Assembly: GCA_964187785.1 (NCBI GenBank)
Contig: OZ076409.1
Span: forward strand, 49,850,001-49,914,000
Reading direction: 5' to 3'
Length of the DNA: 64,000 nt
Source of the DNA: Amphiscolops sp. MND2022
Taxonomy: Eukaryota
Numbering within the stretch: the first letter of the stretch is position 1; every line of letters begins with the position of its first letter. Made by a program: the position numbers and the translations under genes. Below the pieces are notes generated by a model that ran no database searches, was not told where the DNA came from, and saw only the letters and a program-made list of their open reading frames with translations. This document shows, piece after piece, positions 13,159 to 25,100 of this stretch.

Positions 13159-16100
13159 TACCATACGCATCTGTTGCATTTACCGGAACATATCTTGGAG
13201 AAGATCCTATTTTACCTGTGCAGTGAAGAACCAACTAACAGATTCAATCAAGATGTACTATCTTTTGCCGGAACATGCGTTTACTTACAGCAGCTTGTTT
13301 ATCACAGCACTATACCGGATTACATGGAAATGGGGTTAAACACAAAGGGCGCTTTAGAACTTGTACAATTCAACAATTTCCTGCAAAAAGTTAATTGGAA
13401 AATTACCAAATTCAGACTCTTAATCATGGCAGGTCACTTATGTTGGGTATCATTTTTCGCTCAATGTGAGGGTCATTTCAGACATATCTTCCAACTTTCA
13501 TCTCTCCAAGAATTTATTCTGGATTTCTCTGAATGCTGCTGTGAGCGGAAACACATCTCAAAACAAAAAAACGTCTTCAGAAATGTTTGAAAATGCCAGT
13601 TTTTCGTTTTTTTTTCTCGTACAGCATTGTACCCATTTGTTTTGTTCAAGGAATTTCGAATCTTGAAGAGAGCGAAAGCGCTGAATTAATTTTTCTCACA
13701 AGCACTCCGAATGTCACTTCGTTTCATATTTCGATATCCTGACCCATGTTGAACCTCAGTCCTTATATGCCTGTCGTAGCTAGATCGTAACATGATTGTA
13801 TCAATCATACACCTTTTGCTGCGATTAATAATACAGATCGTCCTGCAAAATGCATGTTTCCTCTGATTTCTCGTTCATTAAATAACGTAACGTGGCAAAC
13901 ATATTGCGTAATATTTACTGATTTTACTATTCTCTGCGCTTCTTATTTCTACAAAAGCGTTTCCAGTAATTTCGGGCATAGCATTGATTGATTTATATTT
14001 ATATTCAACTCTTTTCAATGTTTTTTATACGACGCCTTTTCCTTTACAGGAAAAAAGCCCGACTACTACAGTGACTAGTTTTTTTTTCGTCAGACAACAG
14101 AATGTATGCGTAGTGGACACTTTTTACAGAACTACTAAACTACTAGACCGGCTACCATAAACGCATCCATGTTTGTCCAAAGGGTTCCCCCTTTCATTTA
14201 CTGCATTTTTAACGTACGATACAAAACCGGACGACACTGTAGGGTCCCCCTTTGAATTTTTTTCGGCACTGTGCAACTATTTTTTCGAAATTTTTTTTGT
14301 CTCCAAAGTGTCTCGGCTTCAAGTTTTTCTATATTTTGCAGCAAACTAAAGTTTCAAAAGCCCAAAAGGTCTCCCTTTTTACGTTTTTGGGAACTATGAG
14401 ACTGTTTCAAACTTCTCATTTTTAGTTTTTTTTCGAAAATTTTCAAATTTTTTAATGTCTCCAAAGTGTCCCTCCTTCAAAGTTTGTGATATTTTGCAAC
14501 ATACTGGCTTTTCAAAAAGCTCAAAGGGTCCCCCTCTTTACAATTTTAAAAACTTTGCGCTTTTTGAGCCTTAGATATAGCGCCGACTTGAGACGTTCCC
14601 TTTTTGTTATTGGTTATAAGGGTTAGAAAATTTTTGAAGGAGCTATACTTCACTAGTGGATTTTTATTTTGGGGAGTTCCTCTTCTTGGAGTTTTGTCTT
14701 TTTTGCAGATATATTTGACGTACGTTTTAATTGCTAGTGGTCAAATTTAGCTAAGTTTATCGATTGCGTCAACGGTGTCAGCTTCACGAGTGCAACATCG
14801 TGAATCAATCAGCTTCTTTGAATCAATCATTATTTTAAATGATTCTCCAATAACAAATGCATTTTTTTATCGTTTGAAAATTTTCCAACAGAAGTGGTCA
14901 TTTGAAGCAAATGCCTTGAAATTCCAACAAGAGATGTGTTTTTAAAGTTTACGAACGCCCAGCTCTTTATTATGGATTTTTCTCAGTTGATTTTAGTAAC
15001 ATCTTACGCGCTTATCCTCATCTCAAATCTTTCACGGTTGTTACATTCCCACGTAACGATATTATGAAGGATGTTAAGATGAAGATTAATCATAAAATTT
15101 TCGCCAACAGCTTCAACCAATATCCAAGCATGGATCGATACATATTGAAGGATTTGGGGAGCCCGCATACCTGGGGAGAGTCAAATCGTTTCATGGTGAC
15201 ACTGAATCGATCATTTAAACCTCCATTTCCTAACATTAAACATGTGTCCTTCAACTTTATGACGTATTATCTTTGGAACCAAATGAATTGTCTGAAATTT
15301 CTTACGTCTGTGCGACTCTCGGATCTTAAGATTGGAAAACGGTACGTATTTAATGACTTGATCTAACACTAAAAGTAAACCATTTGACAACTTTATCTGG
15401 AATGATGATGAACTTACCGATTTAAGAATCGAATTTTACTGATTCGACAATATTGCCAAAAACTACAAAAAAACGACTTCTACAAAATATCATCTCGCAT
15501 AAAATCACTGAACACAATTCACAATATTTCCACAAAATTTGTCTGATTTTCTTTCAGCGTGTTTTGAAAACTTTCAGCATATTTGAAAGGTCAGTTTCCT
15601 TCATTTGAAACATGAGAAGAAGAAGGTGGCATTCTTTTGGCATTCATCGACAGCTAAAGTACCAAAACTTGAAATGGAATCTCTTCAATAAAATTCTTTT
15701 AAAACTGTGCTTCTTTATGGAAACTTGTATGGCATTTTAGTGCTAGAGACCTGATTTTGAACAATATGCATTCCGGGACACCACTGATGAGCGTTCGCCA
15801 TTTGGTTATTTCCAATTCCTTTAATTACGGAACCCAGGCAAGTTTGGTGTCAGTTATTTTTCCGAACTTGCAGTCCTACGAAACGGTTTTCCGCAGAAGA
15901 GTAGGATTCGAAGAAATTGTGGAAACGTGTAGACAGCCTATGTGGAATTTTCGCCACCTTTCTACTGTCATGATATTTATCCGGGAATGCGACTTCTCTG
16001 AACACTTGGAGTCATTGAAATCTTTGTTTTGTCTCAAAAACTTGTGCATTGAGTTTTGGCACATGTCGTGGAGAGATTATAGGAATGTGGCTAAACTTTT

Positions 16101-16470
16101 CAATCCGAAGGCACTTGTTCAACCAACCTTTAATCTCGAGCTCTTTCGATTGGAATGCCAGTATTCTGATCTTGATTCACCTAAAAAAGAAACTCAGTTT
16201 CTAGCTGAAGTTTCATCTTTGGACCCGTTTGTGGAAGTTGCATCTTTGTTTTCGAACATTTTGTTGATTGGTTCGTTGCAAGTGTGCGTCATGTTCAGCT
16301 ACAGTGATAAGAAGGAAGTTTACCCTTTTATGGAGATTGCAGTGATGGATCACCCCAAATTGAATTATGTTCGTTATGGAAAGCATGTGTTAAAATACCC
16401 TGAAAGCAATCACAGTTATTTGAAGAAGTTAAGATATTGTCGTCCACGATTACACCTGACTGAGTTTTAA
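13159..16470 (+). CDS. F-box / leucine-rich-repeat-like host gene or pseudogene (multi-exon, partly degraded)
   Basis: LLHLPEHILEKILFYL..DVLSFAGTC..L is an F-box-like motif. Downstream ORFs 15064-15366 and 15757-16470 have LRR-like units (FPNIKHVSF, FPNLQSY, LKSLFCLKNLCI). Candidate acceptors at about 13158, 15557 and 15740; full exon structure not resolved. Confidence 0.55.
14024..14608 (+). mobile_element. HINE copy 3, within the F-box/LRR locus
   Basis: 5' gacgccttttcctttacaggaaaaaagcccgacta; internal aagggtcccc/ggcactgtgc subrepeats; 3' ccttagatatagcgccgacttgagacgttcc..gtt. Confidence 0.6.
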
Positions 16471-17761
16471 TGTTTTCATATTTGTTTTTAGTGAACTGAA
16501 GATCCATTTTTCAAAATCTTTTTCATCAACAAATACTAGAAATGTTTGTATATTGTCCAGTTAATTACTTGATAATTAATTTTTATTAATGACGAATTTG
16601 AGAAGTATTTGACCCAACAAAGTAAACACCAATAACAACAGTACTATTCAAGGAATATGGGGCTTCCCAAGATTTGAGATCTTTCAAATTCTGCTGATAT
16701 CTTGTGCCGAAGATTTTGACGAATTCGTGCCAAGGAAGCCAAGGCTTACCTTATAGGAATCAAATCTAAAAAAAATTCAGGATCTACCAAAAACTCCTGC
16801 CAAATTATTTTTAATTTGACATTTTTTAAATTGATCTAAAATGAATCGACAGTCAAGTCTTGGAAAAACGTAAATTCAATTATCTCCGCATTAGCCAATT
16901 ATATTCTCGAATCATGGCACGGGTTCCTAAAAATTGGAGCCATTCCAATTTCTCATTAAGAGTAACAATTTATCTAACTTTGGGCCGAGGCATGCCCTTC
17001 TACGACGTAAACCAAAATTACTCGTTAGCGCGGTAGCTGCTAGGTTAATTTCTAACTCATTGAAATTCGTCAAAGGAAACCAAAAATACTGATTTATAGT
17101 CTGTCAGGGCATACCCGTACTAGCACTCCACGGCAAATCATCGGTGACCACTGCTGGAAAACCAGTGAACACAGGTGAAGGCAATTTCGCATCATAAGTC
17201 ATTACTTTCACCTCTCTACACAGAGCTCCTGAATTTTCATTGTCTTGAATTTTACACTGACCATGAAAAGTGCGAGGTAAGATTAACGTCAGTGAAGGAA
17301 ACAGCCAGAAGTGAATGATTCTTCTTCTGATCAAATGTTCTACCAATGTTTATAATGCAATGAAATTAACGGATGTTGTGTGTCGTTTTTTCAAGTGATA
17401 TTTGCATATACATACATATTTGATATTTTGAATACAATTTCAAATAATGATGTGTGAAATTTGCCGACAGTAAGGTCTCTGATGTACTGATATATAAATA
17501 ATTTTTAGTCTGAAATTTCAATGTATAATGGCTGTGACGAACATTTGATTGTGTTAAAAGTTCTGTTGATTCAATGTTTTTCCGCTGATTAATATATATC
17601 ATTGATCAGGAAACAATCTTATAGCATCATTCGTTCTGTCTAATAATATTTTGGTATCTTCTTTCTGAACATTTTTCCTTTCGATTCGATTGCGTCGCCA
17701 TTTTTGCTTGTCATTCTTCAATTCTTATTTCTCCATTTTTCGTAGTTGAGTATTGGATAAT

Positions 17762-18518
17762 TGTCACGCCTAGCGTGCCTTCATTGTCAAAAACTAAAGC
17801 GGACTTTAACTTTGACGCCCTTTTTGATAGCAACAAAAATAATTTCAACAACGGTGACGCCTTGTTGACGCAACTAGGAATTTCGATACCTGAATTTCAG
17901 AAGCCGGACTGAAAAGTTATGAATCAACGAGACTTTTGATAGAACAAACCTGATATTTGCAATGCCTAGGAAGTTTCAGGTGAGGAACAAATGATGCTAG
18001 AAAGGTATAAACATTTTGAGTTTTGTAAATAGGTTCAGTTACCTTGTTAGTGATTTTGTTGATCACAATCACTGTTTTTTTACGGCTTTTAAAACGTTCT
18101 CCGCAAAATCAAAATATTGCCAACCTCTGACTTTGATTCAAAATGACCATTAGAAGCCAGAAAAGGAAAGCGGTAGAGCAACTAGTCTCAGGCGAGTTTA
18201 AAATACAAGAAATCGAGAATAATACTGTTGGAAACCCAGTCGCTAGTACCAGCAAATCTCATAGACTCCAGTCGGGAAGCCTTGGCGAGATTAAAACCTC
18301 AATTAGGATAGAAATCATGTCTGACCTTCAAAAAATAATAGCTGAAAACCAAAAGGAGTTCTTCAAATTGGTAGTCCCAAACACGATAAATTTTCTTGAT
18401 CCTCAAAACGTAGAAAACTCTGACTCTGAAGAAGAGAACACTTTTGTCGCACCTACAACTACCCCTATAAAATCTAAAACGACTGCCCAGATCAAAACTT
18501 CGCAGGTTAGTCGTAACA
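17762..18518 (+). repeat. Solo or partial LTR of the same gypsy lineage carrying a gag N-terminal ORF (18143-18518)
   Basis: Begins tgtcac and ends agtcgtaaca, the same terminus as the element C LTR (44864-44873). The ORF MTIRSQKRKA..EIKTSIRIEIMSDL.. parallels MSTTRSQK.. in LTR C. Flanks ataat/ccctt do not form a TSD. Confidence 0.55.
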
Positions 18519-19282
18519 CCCTTGTACCATTAAAACCAATTTTCGACACCACCGTATGACACGGAGCCGCGATGTAGGCAGTGCTGCAGAGCGAAAATGG
18601 CTGTCAAAAAGTACAAACAATAAGGCCCGATAGCGCAGAGGTGAAATGTTGGACTGTCGAATTTTTTCCAGGTTAGCATCTCAATTTTTGCAACGTTTTG
18701 TGTAAACGTCTAACGTTCTGGCCGGTAGTCATTGGTGCATCATCGGTTACCACTGCAAACGCTGCAGATGCCACCTCGGTGTTCTACCGGTGGGACTTGG
18801 GTGGATCATCGGCAATCACCACCGGACTGCGATTTAATGCCAAACCGGGTAGCTGCATGCTGGAAAAATAATTGGCTCAACGTTCATCGAACACTTCTAC
18901 AACAGAGTTAAGGCTGGTTTTAAATCAGCTCCCTGTTCAAAGCCCAAATTGCGCAGTGTTTCTAGCATTGTGGCGTTCTCAGATTGTTGCGTACTCAGTT
19001 GAAAGTGTTGAGGAGTGATTACAAAGTATGTATTCGAATTGTAATATTCCAAGATAGTAGACGCCTACCTCAGGCCTCAGCTCAACGACTCTATCAACTA
19101 CTGAATAGTAACAATGTCTAGAAATTGATCACATATTAGAAGTAATTACTACTTTTGTGGAGATGTCTGGTTGCCCCCAATGTCCTCTAAACCACAGTAG
19201 TTTTCAAAGACAAAAACAATTCTAAAACTTTTGAAAAAAGTTTGAAAAATATAAACGGAGGGACCCTTTGAAAGAACGTTTT

Positions 19283-21366
19283 TGTGTTGACCCTGAGATG
19301 GGTGCAACTCGTTCAACGTAGTTGGCCTTGATGTCGAGGCTTGATTTTCAGGTTCGTAGAGATCTACTATAGGATTTTCAGATCTAGGCGGGTGGCCTGA
19401 CAATGAGTCTATTTTTGAAGATAGATTCTCAATCATCTTCAGGATTTCCCTTTGCCCAGTTTTGGCATCTTTTATCCTTCTACCAACTGATTTTTCGATT
19501 TTCTCGGAGATTTCGGAGAAATCACGATCAGAGATACTGGGTACATTTTCAGTCCTTTGGCGAGCTGCCTCAGGTTCACCTAGTGAGCTGGATACTTAAT
19601 CCCTTCGGGCTTTCCTTTTAGAGGATCTTTCGGGCATTTTGGATTTCAAGTTTACAGGTTCAAACTATTCGACAAGGAATGAAGAAAGGTTGAGATTTTT
19701 AATCTTCAATTGAGTTTTGAAACAAGAGAAACAAAGTTGCTTTACAGTGAGCGGTTATTGAATTTTCAGAATTTATTAAAATTATTTTTCAACTGCAATT
19801 ATTTAACTTTTCCAAGTATATATACCTTTCACCCACGTGAAGCGGGGAAAAATCCGCACCACTTTCACGTTTTATTCAGCCCGGCGTCCTTCCAAGGCGG
19901 AGAAACCGGAAGTTCAGTTCCGCTTTGTCGAACTCAGGCTTTCAGTTTGTTCATGCTTCCCGAGGAAAGCACGCGTCCACTTCCCGCCTGAGTTGCGACT
20001 CCGCTTCCCTTCGCCTCCAATTCCCGCCTTTTCAGGACGCCGAAGCTGAAATCAGCAACAAAATGAGCTGATTTAAATATTACTCCAGATAATAGTTATT
20101 TCAACGAAACTGCACTTAGGCTCGTAAAACCACTCGTGGGGGCATGAAAACACTGATTAGGTATGAAAGGACAAAGCTCGGTCTCAGGTTGAGGTCCGAG
20201 ACGATTAGGGCAAAATAGCTGATTTCCCAAAAATAGCAACGACTAACAATTTCGTGATTTAAATCAACTTGGGGTTGCTATTCATGTCATTTCTCAATCC
20301 AGTTTAAATGGGGATTAATTTTAAAAGGGTAGTACAAACCATTAATAGTGATTAAATAACTCAAGCCAAAGATTTAATTCCCAGGCCGGGGTCTAGGCCG
20401 TGGTTTAATGCATTCAAAGTTAAGTATTGCTACATGAATAAATGGTCACAAATTGCATGTAATTAACCACTAATTCTTACGATACTGCGTATTTGGATTG
20501 TGGTTTCACTGATGAGACGATGGATAATCGGGAGCACCGATATTTTCACTTTTAGGATGGATTTGGACAAACCTGATTTCAGGCCGGGTCCTTGGCTACA
20601 GTTTATTACATTTAATAATCAATCTTGGTGTACATGGGTGAATAGCATTGCACAACAATCTTGACCGTTATGCAATCGTTTTTCATTGTGGGTGTTTAGT
20701 TATCGGGTAAAAATCATCAACCAAATTAACAATTTCCATTTCTACAATGGATTTTATAAATTTACATTTCAGGCCACTTCCTGGGCCGCGGTACATTACT
20801 TCCAGTTAAAATCAACACAATTTGTAGATTACTCAGGGAATTACATGTAAATCATCACATTAGTTGTCTTTGTTTGCATCAATACTTTTACATGTAATCA
20901 TTTAAAAGCGCGTTCACTGCTGCATAGTGTTAAATAGCTCATTCCAATTTCAGGCCGCTTGCCAGGCCGCCGCTTTACTGCGCAAATCTGAGGCCGGTCG
21001 CCAGGCCGCGGTTCCGCCTTCAATCTTTCAAGCCGTTTGCTTAGCGGTGTGATTCTATTATTATTAATTATATAGCACTGTATTATTATTATCATTAACT
21101 GCACTAATAGCTCCGTACTTGTTGGTACACTGTGTGTGTATGTATATATTCTTGTATGAAATTATGTAATTATTAGTATTTATACATATATAAATATAAA
21201 TTTAGCTCCGAGCTGATTTAAAGTAATAATTTATAATAGTAATAAATTAGTTGTATATTAGTTATTTCACTTGCCTTTTCTTCTGTTTCGGTCTAATTCC
21301 AATTTCCTTCTTCGTAGACCGCGCTTATTGTGTGACAGTTTTCACAGCTTAGCTGGGGCTGTGACA
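19283..21366 (-). repeat. 3' LTR of element B (2084 bp)
   Basis: Near-identical to 32907-35084 apart from scattered substitutions and a ~90-bp segment present only in the other LTR (about 33692-33783). Confidence 0.95.
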
Positions 21367-21889
21367 GTCCTCGGCTTCGATGCGCTGTCTCATCTGGAAG
21401 GAGGAATTGGGATATCGACCGGATTGGAGTGTTAAATAAAGTGGGTAGGTCGTCGCGCATTGAGTCGTAGGATCTCCATGAAGAATCCGAGTCCCAGTCG
21501 CTTCCTGACCAGTACCCTTCTGAGCTGCTGTATGAGCTCATGGGACTGCTGACGGTAGAGTTAGGGCTGTATCGGTTCGCAGGATTGAACTGCCGGATTG
21601 GGCTCACGAATTCGTCATCTGGGATAACCGGATTATCTGTAGTGAATCTTCGTATCACTCCTTGTTCGTTTTCAACGTTAATTGCATTCACAAGTGGTTG
21701 TTCGTGAACAAGGACTACATGTATATCTTCCGCCTTGATTATTTCGTAAGTAAAAGTATACTGTGCTGTGTTGATGAGATTGTAATTAGGCGGCGGTGTA
21801 CCGGGCCTTTGTCCTAGCTGCGCTGGTTGATCTCGGTCGAGAAGAAAAACATCTTCGTTTGTTTGATCGTTGAAGTGGGAATTATCCAT
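21293..21889 (-). CDS. Extra sense ORF of element B (198 aa, unknown function) running into the 3' LTR
   Basis: ATG-initiated uninterrupted ORF, Ser/Asp-rich; the LTR start TGTCACAGCC falls within ..RGLSQP..; an ORF in the same position exists in element D. Confidence 0.6.
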   Translation of the reverse strand: MDNSHFNDQTNEDVFLLDRDQPAQLGQRPGTPPPNYNLINTAQYTFTYEIIKAEDIHVVLVHEQPLVNAINVENEQGVIRRFTTDNPVIPDDEFVSPIRQFNPANRYSPNSTVSSPMSSYSSSEGYWSGSDWDSDSSWRSYDSMRDDLPTLFNTPIRSISQFLLPDETAHRSRGLSQPQLSCENCHTISAVYEEGNWN

Positions 21890-22120
21890 TTTATTGAAGT
21901 ACCGAACTGAGTGTCAATTGATTTGGAAAACAACTGATTGATCCGCGTCTTGAAATTTGTTCACACCATTTGTGTTAAGTTTGTTGAAATATTCAGCTGG
22001 CAGACTGAACAACTCTCCTTATATAGTAGATAACTTCTAGTATTAATATTTCCATTGTTTTACGCCACATCTTCATTGTGTTATAGTTTTTTTAAAATAT
22101 TTTTCAGAAAGTTTTGAGAC

Positions 22121-25100
22121 ATGAGCTCCACTGAAGAAGATAATGCCTTACTTTGTCACAGTCGGGAGGTTGGTTTGAAGGAAAGTGAGGCTGAGGTGGA
22201 ATCAGTCTTCGAGTCAGTTATTAGTGGAGAGGAGAGAGTGCGTGGTTGTGATGACAGGGATGGTAGTGATGAGGCAAGTGTTACTGGCAGTCGCGATGAA
22301 ACTGGAGAGGCTGTTGCAGGCATAGTGACCGAGACGGCAGGACGAGGATTTGGCGAAAAAGATGTTACCGAGGATGAGATTGTTGAGACTGATGGTGAGA
22401 GCTGCCCTGAGAGTGAGTCCTACCACTCTGCCACAAGCGACAATCGTCATGACATGGATTACTTGGCGAACAAGAAATGTAAGCTTTCCTAGAAATTAAA
22501 TGGGTGGCCGGCCCTTTCTAGTTTTGTATGAACGCGTTCTTTTTACATCTACTTTCTACAGTGACTGATGATGAGATTGACGCGGATTATTGTCCCAGCG
22601 CCGGTTCAAAATCGCAGCGCAAGCAGAAGAAGCAGTGTCGATCCAGTCGGATGCTTTCGACGAACAGTGTCCGGTCAGCTAAGCGTGTGCGATTGGCTGA
22701 TGTCGTTGCGGGGGTCATTCCGAGGCCTCCTACCTCAATGGACAGTTGTGGCGAGGAGTATGATCCACCGACTGTTTCGAAGACTCTCGAAAGTAAGTAT
22801 TCCTTCCTCCTTCTTGTCGTTTGTAATGTACTTGTTAGGAGTCGTTTATTTGCGAGTTTTGATGCTCCTTTTGAGATATCTCTATGTCGTTGTTTTAGTC
22901 GCTGAACTGGGGCACGGACCAGGAATTGGATCATCTACAGAGGGTGATGTTTTTGTATGTGAGGCTGCTTTGGAGACGCCTGCTCAGGAAAGTGACATTG
23001 TCTCTTTGCTTCCTGATGAGTCCTCTCGACACACCCGAACTCAACATGGTCGGACAGCGGTAGGGTTGGAGCCCTCTGTCATCCATAACGAGTGGGAGAA
23101 TGGTATGTTTCCCTATTCGTTTTTCTTGCTTCTGTTTGATCTATCCTCTATATGATCTTTCGAATGCGTAGTTTGTCTAGCTGTTCGTTTCCCTTTCCTT
23201 CTGCCATTGCGTTTTTGATATATTATTATATTTGTTATAAGCTGGTCTGCAGTCTGTCCCCACTGGTTCTCCTGTTGTGATGTCGGCCTCGCAGTGTGTC
23301 ATTTTGGCTCGAAGTGCTGCCCGGTCTGAGCGGACGGAGACGCAGAAAGAGACTAAAAATTTGGCTAAACCTGAGTATTTCCTCAAGTTTCTTCTTCGTT
23401 TTTGTGTGTTATTTGTTGTTTCTTCGGTTGTTGGGCGTTTAGTTGTAGTTGTTTGCCGTATGTTTTGATGGTGTACTTTCCGGTTTGTCTGTTTCGTCGT
23501 TAGCTTGTTGGTTGATTGAAGGTGTTTTATTTTAAAATTCGAAGAGCTGTCTCGTTTGTTGAAACTGAAAGGGATTGACGCCAGTGATCCTGGGCGTGTT
23601 GTGGATCCTGTCGAGCTTAGAAAGGAGCGGCTTCTGGCTCGGGACGAGGAACGTGCAAAGAAACAGACCGAGAGGCATGTTCTGACTAAGGCCATGAATA
23701 ATCACCCGATACCCAGGCTGTTTGTTAGTCGTCGGATTGATAAGAGCCCCAATGGATTTAATTGCTCGGTGTGCCGTAAAGATGTGTCTTTCCTGTCCCG
23801 AGGGCCCCGAGGCATCTGGAGGCACTTTAAGTGCAAGGGCCATTTCGCAAAGGATCGGCGTTACCGATTTGATCACGAAGACTTCATCTATACTGAGAAG
23901 TTCGATGCCATCGCTGTCAGTGAAGTTTCGTTGGAATTGCGAGCTGAAATCGAGAAAACGCCACCAGTTACTCTGGGGAAAATGAACAACTTTGTCGAGG
24001 ACGAGGTGAATGCATTGGTTGGCGTCCCGTCCAATGTGCCTCCTACGACTCTTGTGGGTTGTTTATTTGAGCTATTGAGAAGTGGTGGCTCGCAGATGTT
24101 TCTCCGTCGTCTGTGGAGCCAGTTCCGTACGACCCTTCCAGTTGACAACCCGTATGCCTGTGTTACCTGGAGTAAGACTGAAACCTTGGTGGTGATAGTC
24201 CAGATCCTTTACCCACGCGTACTTCGTCGTGTGAAGTCATGGCTTGGCGACAGTCCTCTTAGCTTGTCAGTGCAATCGTCATTCTTTGGGGTGCGATGTA
24301 CTGTCCGATGCTGTCCCGATGACTCTGTGCGGGAAGTGTGTCTTGTGGATGAAGACGTTGGAGTTGTCTCCTGTGAAGCCGAGATTCGTTGCCTGTCCTG
24401 CGTGTTGTCTTTGGTGTCTACTCGTCATGGTCCTGTTGCCATTCAAAACTGCCCGCCTGTGTTATTTAACGCTTACATGGATTGGTGCCGTTCTATGGGT
24501 CGACCTGTACCTGTTGTTGCTACCATCTTTGATGTTGATATTCTGCGTCGTTTGGTTCGTGATGCCAGTTTGGTTTGTGTTGGATCCGTGGATCCATTTG
24601 CTGTCATAGAGTATCTGGGGCAACGTTGGAAAAAGTTTGCTCCCCAGGCTTGGCTTCTGAACTTGCCGCAATTCCGTCTCTGCTTGGAGTCGGGGGTAGT
24701 TCCTCCGGAAAATTTATGCGTTGTATTGCAAGAGCTCCTCGACAATTGGTCTGATGTGAAGATTTGTGTGTCGAACGATATCCTATTGATGAAGAAGAAT
24801 GTCAATGTCGTGGATCTGGTTTCCCTCTTGTGTTCAGACCGTTTGGGTCTGCCTCGACTGGCTTTATTGCATGTCCTTTTGCTGTGTTTTCGATCAAACT
24901 GCAAATGGTTATTTGAATCGGATGTTGCAGATTACGCTTGCAGGAGTTTTACTGATTTTTGCAATTTCTATTGGAGCCTGTTGAGCAAGGTGAAAAAGAT
25001 AAGTCAGCTACCTTCCATCGACAATTGGTCCGACTATATAGACAAACCACTGAACAGTTGGGCGAATGTGACTGCCTCCGAATGTCTTCAGGGGGAACCC

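Noticed and set aside
20379..21015. Repeat-spacer pattern as a CRISPR array
   Set aside because: Eukaryotic LTR context, degenerate repeats, spacers of about 160-175 bp, no cas genes.
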